From positions 3,072,001-3,136,000 of the forward strand of contig OZ242311.1 of the NCBI GenBank assembly GCA_965207885.1: a stretch of 64,000 nt of DNA, read 5' to 3'. The stretch comes from Candidatus Latescibacterota bacterium (lineage in GTDB: Bacteria; Latescibacterota; UBA2968). Each line of letters begins with the position of its first letter. Positions within the stretch are counted from its first letter, which is position 1. A program made the position numbers and the translations under genes. Shown here piece by piece: positions 58,228 to 64,000 of this stretch. Below the pieces are notes generated by a model that saw only the letters and a program-made list of their open reading frames with translations, was not told where the DNA came from and did no database searches.

Positions 58228-60207
58228 TCAGGCGGCTTCCGCATCTACTCCCAGTATCTCGGCGTTGACGTAAGCGCGGAAAGTATCCTTTGTCGGAAAG
58301 CAACGATACCCCGCCGCGCTAGCGATGGACAGGACTTCATTTGGTTCGTTCAACAGAACCGCCACTGGAATAGTCAAGCCAGGCTGAAGACCATCGGGCC
58401 AGGCGAGATCAAGCACGGCACGTTGCTCGCCTGTGGTCTCATCAGACAGCTCGAAGTTGATCTGACCGCGCGGTAGTCCTTGTGCTTCTAACCAATTGTT
58501 GATGGCTTCAACCTCAAGTTCTTCCTCCTCAGTGGCAATACCGCCAGTAGGCACCGGAATAATAGTAGCAGTGTCAGCTGTAACCGAAGGGGTTGTAATT
58601 GCGGCTGGTGAAGCGTCCAGAAAGTTGGTCTCGCCGTGTAGAAGTTCTGCAAACCGATAGTTTGCCTCTTTTGCCAAAAGCTTCTTTCGCGTCTCGAGGA
58701 AGTCAAAGTAGTTCTCGATCTCCCAGAGGTTGTGATCGTCAGGAATCCATTGTGATGTCAATGCGCCTGGATACCGATCCTCAACCTCGGCGAAGTAATC
58801 TTCAGGTAGGCGGTCAAGGATGGAGAAATTTGTGTCCTTCGTCAAGAAGCAGTAGTTGGCTAGTGCGTTGACGTCTTGTCGGCGGTGTCCGAGCTTGTAC
58901 AGCCGAGCCTTAGGGAAGATGTGATGCACTTCAAGCTGGTTCATTTTGCCGAGAAGGTTTTCGCGCAGCGGCAGCCCATCGCCCCAGTCCTTGGCCTCGG
59001 CCATGCGGGTCAACATGTAGAGCACGGGATAAAATCGTGCACCAAGACTCCAGCCAGTGAAGTGTCCTGGTTCGATGCGAAGTCCACCATTCCACAAACG
59101 CAGTTCCTCAAGCAACTTGTCAAGGTTACCTTCTGCAAGTGTCGCCAGATCTTGATCAATAGCACTTTCCGTCGACCCGGAGAAACGGCCCCACATTCCG
59201 GCTTGGGCATACCAGAACAGCAACTTATCGCGCTCTTCCGCGCTGATCTTCCCTTGTTTCTGATCCAAATAACGTACCATGACTGGTATGGCGAAGCGTC
59301 CAAAAAAGACTCGATCATGGTCAAGACCAAGTCGCCCTGCAATCATGTTCAGACAGGTATTGATATGTTTTGTGGCCCGTTTCAGACCGTCTTGGATATC
59401 CAGTACGCCCCTATCATACAGGTGGTTAAACCTCGCTTCGCCGGTTAGGACCGTGTTGACTGAACGGAGTAGCCAGTCGAGCGTAAAATCGTATCCGGCA
59501 TTCTTCCATTCCTGTAGGGTGGCTTTCATAGTGTCGCGTGCCTCAGGCCATTCCGCGCAAATTTTAGCGAGGGCCAGATCGCCCTTAGACAGCTTCGTCC
59601 CACCGCTATTCACGCGATTGAATATATCCACGACGACATCGGGGGTTTTGTCTGTTCCAGTGACCTCGTCGATATGCAACTCAATCTCAGCAATACCAAG
59701 AAGCATTCCCAATCGACCGATGTAGTCTCCGACCTTTTCCGCATATTCATTGTTCGTGCTGAGCGTCGTTATGAATCCTCCAAGGCCGTCATTGCCTGCC
59801 TGCATGAGCTTGGTTACATCCACCCATAGCGGGTCGCCCTTCATTTTTACCGGTTGATAGAACTCAAAGGTCTCATCCTCCAGATGAAATTGAAGTCCCG
59901 TAAAACTCTGCTCATTGCCATCGAAGAAAGCCGGTGGATGGCCACGCATCACGCCATAAAGCGAAGTCATACGTTGCTGCCCATCGAGAAGCAACTTCAC
60001 GATGCCCGGTGCTAGTGAGCTGTCGCCCCGATGCGCGGCATCCTTTCCTTCGGTCGCCCAAACCAACAGCCCGCCCACCGGATGTCGCCTGTAAAGGGAG
60101 TAAAAGAGCCCACGCACCTGTTCGCGGTTCCAGACGTATCCTCGCTGAAATTCGGGCAAGGCCATGTGACCGGAGTCAATGTGATCAAGGATGGTAGAGA
60201 TTTTCAT
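58228..60207 (-). CDS. GmrSD-like (DUF262 + HNH/DUF1524-like) restriction protein with extra C-terminal domain
   Basis: LPEFQRGYVW, LLDGQQR and FNRVN (DUF262); LEVHHIFPK...ALANYCFL (HNH-like); C-terminal LDLAWP segment. Confidence 0.8.
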   Translation of the reverse strand: MKISTILDHIDSGHMALPEFQRGYVWNREQVRGLFYSLYRRHPVGGLLVWATEGKDAAHRGDSSLAPGIVKLLLDGQQRMTSLYGVMRGHPPAFFDGNEQSFTGLQFHLEDETFEFYQPVKMKGDPLWVDVTKLMQAGNDGLGGFITTLSTNNEYAEKVGDYIGRLGMLLGIAEIELHIDEVTGTDKTPDVVVDIFNRVNSGGTKLSKGDLALAKICAEWPEARDTMKATLQEWKNAGYDFTLDWLLRSVNTVLTGEARFNHLYDRGVLDIQDGLKRATKHINTCLNMIAGRLGLDHDRVFFGRFAIPVMVRYLDQKQGKISAEERDKLLFWYAQAGMWGRFSGSTESAIDQDLATLAEGNLDKLLEELRLWNGGLRIEPGHFTGWSLGARFYPVLYMLTRMAEAKDWGDGLPLRENLLGKMNQLEVHHIFPKARLYKLGHRRQDVNALANYCFLTKDTNFSILDRLPEDYFAEVEDRYPGALTSQWIPDDHNLWEIENYFDFLETRKKLLAKEANYRFAELLHGETNFLDASPAAITTPSVTADTATIIPVPTGGIATEEEELEVEAINNWLEAQGLPRGQINFELSDETTGEQRAVLDLAWPDGLQPGLTIPVAVLLNEPNEVLSIASAAGYRCFPTKDTFRAYVNAEILGVDAEAA

Positions 60208-60264
60208 GTCATACTTCCTCAAGAGCAGGTTAAAAATAGAAAGATATACGGAAATTAAGTAGTT

Positions 60265-60732
60265 TTAACCAGATTTTTGATCGATATAGGCAAACTTAAG
60301 CCACACATTATTGAGGTGTTCAAAGTCTTTATCTGTTGACAGCAGCACAGCATCGCTGACATGTGCTGTGGCCGCAATCCATATATCGTTCTGCTTCATT
60401 GGGATAGCTGGTTTAGGTGGCGGAGTGCTATCGGGAGACGTGACGGAAGTCCCATGTGTCCATGCGTCAATCTGCGCGTAGGCTTCCAAAATAGATTCAT
60501 TATTAATGTCGATTACTGGCATTGTCGCCATAACTTCCTGGAGTTGGGTTCGTCTATCTCTGCCCCAGCCGAACTTTTCAGCGAGTGATAGCAACTCGCC
60601 GTGACATACAATGGACGTAAAGACCATCGTTTTCGGATCTTCAAGACTGTGTACCGTTCGCGCTCGGAGTGCCCAGGGAGCTGATCGACAAAATCCCAAT
60701 AACAAACCGGTATCCAGTAAGAAGTTGCTCAT
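60265..60732 (-). CDS. PIN-domain (VapC-like) ribonuclease
   Basis: FLLDT, GEL, NDIWIAATA and LLSTDKDF give the acidic PIN active-site residues. Confidence 0.9.
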   Translation of the reverse strand: MSNFLLDTGLLLGFCRSAPWALRARTVHSLEDPKTMVFTSIVCHGELLSLAEKFGWGRDRRTQLQEVMATMPVIDINNESILEAYAQIDAWTHGTSVTSPDSTPPPKPAIPMKQNDIWIAATAHVSDAVLLSTDKDFEHLNNVWLKFAYIDQKSG

Positions 60733-60744
60733 GATATTCAGGGC

Positions 60745-61686
60745 TTAATCCAGTTGCGCCAGAAGTTCTTCCACAGGTTCATTGCCGGGCCATGCGCCGC
60801 ATAAACTCAGGACATTGAAGGATCGGGCCTGCTTCTCTTGTCTCCGTGTTAAGCCTCGGGATTTGGGCATCTCGGTAGAAGGCAGTTCTTCAAAAATGGC
60901 ATCTCTGTCTTGATAGGGTCTAAGCCGATAGGCTTCGATTAGTCGGGGGTGGCCGTTAGCTTTAAAGTGGACCATGCCCTGAACAGTTGTACGCTTGCCC
61001 CACAACGGGCGCAACACTTCAACATCGAGTTGGTCAGATTGCAGGCGACCAAACATTTTCCTGCCATCACCTAATTCGAGGAAAAACCGACCGCTATCAT
61101 GTTTGATTTCTTCGAGCCAGCCGCTGATGATAAATGCTCTTGAGGGAGGAAGGCTCTTCAGTCTATTTTCAATCCGATTACAAACGGACGCATCAAGGGT
61201 GAATTCCCCGTAATCAGATTCTTGAGGGATCAAGTGGTAGCAGATGTTAGCGTTTACTGCAGGCTGTCGGAATCTGAGAATCGCGCTGAGAACGGCTCTA
61301 TCAAAGTAGTCGCCAGAAGAGGTCGCTTCCTGAGCTTCTTGAATCGACAGCGCGGCGAGATCAACAGCGGTAGTTTGCATAGTCGAACGTTCACGCCAGA
61401 AATTTTGTTGGGCGAACTGTGTGTAGGCTGTCTCGCCAAGCTGAGGTGCCTCAATCTCCAAAGTGGTTGAGCCGAGTTTTTGTTCATTGAGGGTGAAGTC
61501 GAGGGCTGCATTCAGCCATCCTGGTCTTGGTCCCCTACCACTACCTTCGCCAGTGATCATCAGACGAGTGGCGCATTCCGCTGTCTTGACAAGGGCATCC
61601 AGAGAGCACTGAAGCGTTGCCACTTTGATCCGACCTTTGTTCTCTCGAAGGCCGCTGAAGCGAAGTTGGTAGCGTCGCGTGTTCAT
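60745..61686 (-). CDS. Hypothetical protein (313 aa) paired with the PIN gene; possible OB fold plus antitoxin-like tail
   Basis: ATG 61686 lies 34 nt after the pcrA stop. The C-terminal half is beta-rich (ISG.LEEI...FFLEL...GKRTTVQG), and the protein ends GAWPGNEPVEELLAQLD. Confidence 0.7.
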   Translation of the reverse strand: MNTRRYQLRFSGLRENKGRIKVATLQCSLDALVKTAECATRLMITGEGSGRGPRPGWLNAALDFTLNEQKLGSTTLEIEAPQLGETAYTQFAQQNFWRERSTMQTTAVDLAALSIQEAQEATSSGDYFDRAVLSAILRFRQPAVNANICYHLIPQESDYGEFTLDASVCNRIENRLKSLPPSRAFIISGWLEEIKHDSGRFFLELGDGRKMFGRLQSDQLDVEVLRPLWGKRTTVQGMVHFKANGHPRLIEAYRLRPYQDRDAIFEELPSTEMPKSRGLTRRQEKQARSFNVLSLCGAWPGNEPVEELLAQLD

Positions 61687-61720
61687 GGGAACTTCCTTGC
61701 TTAGCTTAAAGAAGTAGGTT

Positions 61721-63889
61721 TTATCCTGGCTGAAGATTGGCAAATTTGACCATGAGGGTCTTAACGGCTCCACCGTCGAATCGCACTTTGAGTCTGGCTG
61801 TTTGTCCCGATCCCGCGCGGCTTTGAATCTGTCCACGGCCCCAGGCGGGATGCACGACCCACGATCCGACATCCATTAAAAACGGTTCTCCCGGATTGAC
61901 CCGCCGGGCGGGTTCTCTGCCCGATTTGGGGCGTGGAGCACGGCTAACCTCGCTAATCTTAAAACCGGCATCGAGCAGGTCTTCGGGTATTTCGGACAAA
62001 AACTGCGACGCCGAAGAGGTCACCGCACCGCCGTATCGTTGCCGTCGCATTGCATAGGACAAAAAGAGCCGATCCTGGGCGCGGGTAATGCCTACATAGA
62101 AAAGACGGCGCTCCTCCTCTAACGCATCTTCCATATTGCTATCGTCGCCAGCGGGCCGCAAAATCGGAAACAGCCCATCTTCGAGGCCGGTAACAAACAC
62201 AATGGGAAATTCCAGTCCCTTAGCACTGTGCAGAGTCATCAGTGTGACCGCATCTGCGGCATTTTCCCATTGATCTACATCTGTCACCAGCGAAACTTTT
62301 CGCAAATACGCCTCTAAAGAGACATCATCCGATTGTTCGACAAAAATCTGGATATCCGTCAACAATTCCTCGACATGCGCTCTTCGCGACATCTGTTCTT
62401 CTGGCAGAAGTTTCTCAAAATTGCCCAAATATCCAGTTTCATCGACAATGTTTGCCGCGAGCTCATCGGCAGGTATCGTTTCCATATCTACGCGAAAGCC
62501 CTCGACCATGTCGTAAAACTGCTGCATCGCGCGGGCTGTGCGCTTTGGAATTGTGTCAATAGCATCTAAATGTGCAAGTGCCTCATAGGGCGCAAACCCC
62601 TCGCGCATGGCAAACTCATCGAGCCGTCCTGTAGATGTCGTCCCAATGCCGCGGCGCGGCGTGTTAATCACGCGCCAAAAACTGATGGAATCGCGCGGAT
62701 TGACCACCAATTTGAGATACGCGAGCACATCCTTGACCTCTTTGCGTTCGTAAAATCGCACATCCCCCACGATTTGATACGGGATATTGGCGCGTCTGCA
62801 CCCTTCTTCAAGGGCGCGAGATTGTGCATTGGTGCGATATAGCACCGCCATATCCCGGTAGGTATGCGCGCGCTTAAAATCTCGTGCTACGCCAGCGATC
62901 CAGCGGGCCTCTTCTGCTTCATCGGCACATCTTTTCAAACGGATTTTTTCACCCCGAGCGCGATCCGTCCACAGTTCCTTTCCTTTGCGCCCCGCGTTGT
63001 TGCGAATCAGAGCATTGCCAGCGTCCAGAATAACCTGCGTGGAACGGTAATTTTGCTCCAGACGCACGACAAGCGCGTTGGGATAATCGGCTTCAAAATC
63101 GAGAATATTGCGAATATCTGCACCGCGCCACGCATAGATACTCTGGTCGTCATCGCCAACAACACATATATTTTGATGCACTTCAGCCAGATAACGCGCA
63201 AAGAGGTATTGCGGACGATTGGTATCCTGGTATTCGTCGATTAAAATATATGAAAACTGTGTCTGATAGGTTTGGCGCACATCTTCGTGATCGCGGATCA
63301 ACTCCACGCTCAATGTCAACAAATCGTCAAAGTCAACGGCATTATTCTGCTTCAGGGCATCCTGATAGTGGCGAAAAATTCGCGCAATTATTTGCTCTCG
63401 AAATGTGCTCGCTCGCTGGGCAAATACATCGACGCCCACCATCTGGTTTTTTGCCTGGCTAATCCGCGTGCGAATCAAACGCGCTGGAAAGTCGCGTTCA
63501 GAAAGTTCCTCGTCGGCAATCACCCGCCGCAGAAGTGCGAGTTGATCTGTTGCATCGTAAATCGTAAAATTGGACCTCAGTCCTACGCGTTCGGCCTGTG
63601 ACCGCAAAAAACGCGCACATAAACTGTGGAACGTACCAATCCACATGGTTTTGCAAGAGCGATGAAGCAAGTCTTCGACCCGCTCGCGCATTTCTCCTGC
63701 GGCCTTATTGGTAAAGGTCATCGCCAGAATCTGACGCGGGTCAACGCCGCATTCACTCAACAAATAGGCGATGCGCCGTGTCAAAACGCGCGTTTTACCA
63801 GAACCGGCCCCCGCGAGAACGAGCACGGGACCATCTACGGCCTGTACGGCTTTGCGTTGTGCATCATTTAATCCATCGAGAATTGACAT
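61721..63889 (-). CDS. pcrA: ATP-dependent DNA helicase PcrA/UvrD
   Basis: AGAGSGKT, TFTNKAA, DEYQDTN, VGDDDQSIY, LEQNYRST, TLHSAKGLEF and EEERRLFYV motifs; C-terminal Tudor-like V.H..WG.G. Confidence 0.95.
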   Translation of the reverse strand: MSILDGLNDAQRKAVQAVDGPVLVLAGAGSGKTRVLTRRIAYLLSECGVDPRQILAMTFTNKAAGEMRERVEDLLHRSCKTMWIGTFHSLCARFLRSQAERVGLRSNFTIYDATDQLALLRRVIADEELSERDFPARLIRTRISQAKNQMVGVDVFAQRASTFREQIIARIFRHYQDALKQNNAVDFDDLLTLSVELIRDHEDVRQTYQTQFSYILIDEYQDTNRPQYLFARYLAEVHQNICVVGDDDQSIYAWRGADIRNILDFEADYPNALVVRLEQNYRSTQVILDAGNALIRNNAGRKGKELWTDRARGEKIRLKRCADEAEEARWIAGVARDFKRAHTYRDMAVLYRTNAQSRALEEGCRRANIPYQIVGDVRFYERKEVKDVLAYLKLVVNPRDSISFWRVINTPRRGIGTTSTGRLDEFAMREGFAPYEALAHLDAIDTIPKRTARAMQQFYDMVEGFRVDMETIPADELAANIVDETGYLGNFEKLLPEEQMSRRAHVEELLTDIQIFVEQSDDVSLEAYLRKVSLVTDVDQWENAADAVTLMTLHSAKGLEFPIVFVTGLEDGLFPILRPAGDDSNMEDALEEERRLFYVGITRAQDRLFLSYAMRRQRYGGAVTSSASQFLSEIPEDLLDAGFKISEVSRAPRPKSGREPARRVNPGEPFLMDVGSWVVHPAWGRGQIQSRAGSGQTARLKVRFDGGAVKTLMVKFANLQPG

Positions 63890-63916
63890 AAATTCATTGT
63901 CAAGGTGTTCAGGTCT

Positions 63917-64000
63917 CTAATCCCCTGTTACCAGTTTCTTTTTTTGCCAGGTATTTTTTCGTGCTGCCGCGGTCCTTTTTTTTGCAGCCGCGTGTTCTTG
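63917..64000 (-). CDS. 3' end of an upstream gene with a basic K/A-rich tail (partial)
   Basis: Open frame QEHAAAKKRTAAARKNTWQKKKLVTGD* ending 27 nt before pcrA; identity cannot be determined. Confidence 0.3.
   Translation of the reverse strand, partial: QEHAAAKKRTAAARKNTWQKKKLVTGD

Noticed and set aside
57989-61740. att-type direct repeats or an integrase bounding the defence islet
   Set aside because: No convincing duplication of the pcrA 3' end and no recombinase gene were seen.
1-64000. CRISPR array, tRNA or rRNA genes
   Set aside because: No regularly spaced repeat-spacer array or recognisable tRNA/rRNA sequence was found by eye; the intergenic gaps are short.

Overview
Bacterial chromosomal window. 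The FlgD-type C-terminal domain, lpt-rpoN gene order and BamD suggest a diderm of the FCB/Latescibacterota-Gemmatimonadota type (inference). It very probably spans the replication terminus: a 28-bp dif-like Xer site lies at 27521-27548, gene orientation converges there, and by eye the + strand switches from G-rich to C-rich. The left arm is mostly housekeeping: purL (partial), rfbC, purB, rbsK, bamD, nadD, zapA, der, a ZapT-like MerR gene, rimP-nusA-infB-rbfA-truB-ribF-rpsO-pnp, asnS, leuS and gcvT. Next to dif is an AT-rich islet encoding an HTH/coiled-coil protein. The right arm carries a 14-kb hybrid RND/ABC transporter operon, the most unusual locus here. It includes an RND permease fused to an ABC ATPase that is itself split by membrane helices, and an ABC permease fused to a degenerate M1-peptidase domain and a golvesin-like domain. 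Further right are fdhD and an IHF/HU gene, then a complete group IIA intron whose splicing would restore a 91-aa putative ssDNA-binding protein. These are followed by a lamin-tail-domain repeat surface protein behind a consensus sigma54 site, rpoN-MOSC-lptB-lptA-lptC-pyrG-gatC, a three-gene defence-like islet (DUF262/GmrSD-like, PIN, unknown partner) and pcrA. All family assignments come from recognising motifs by eye; no searches were run.
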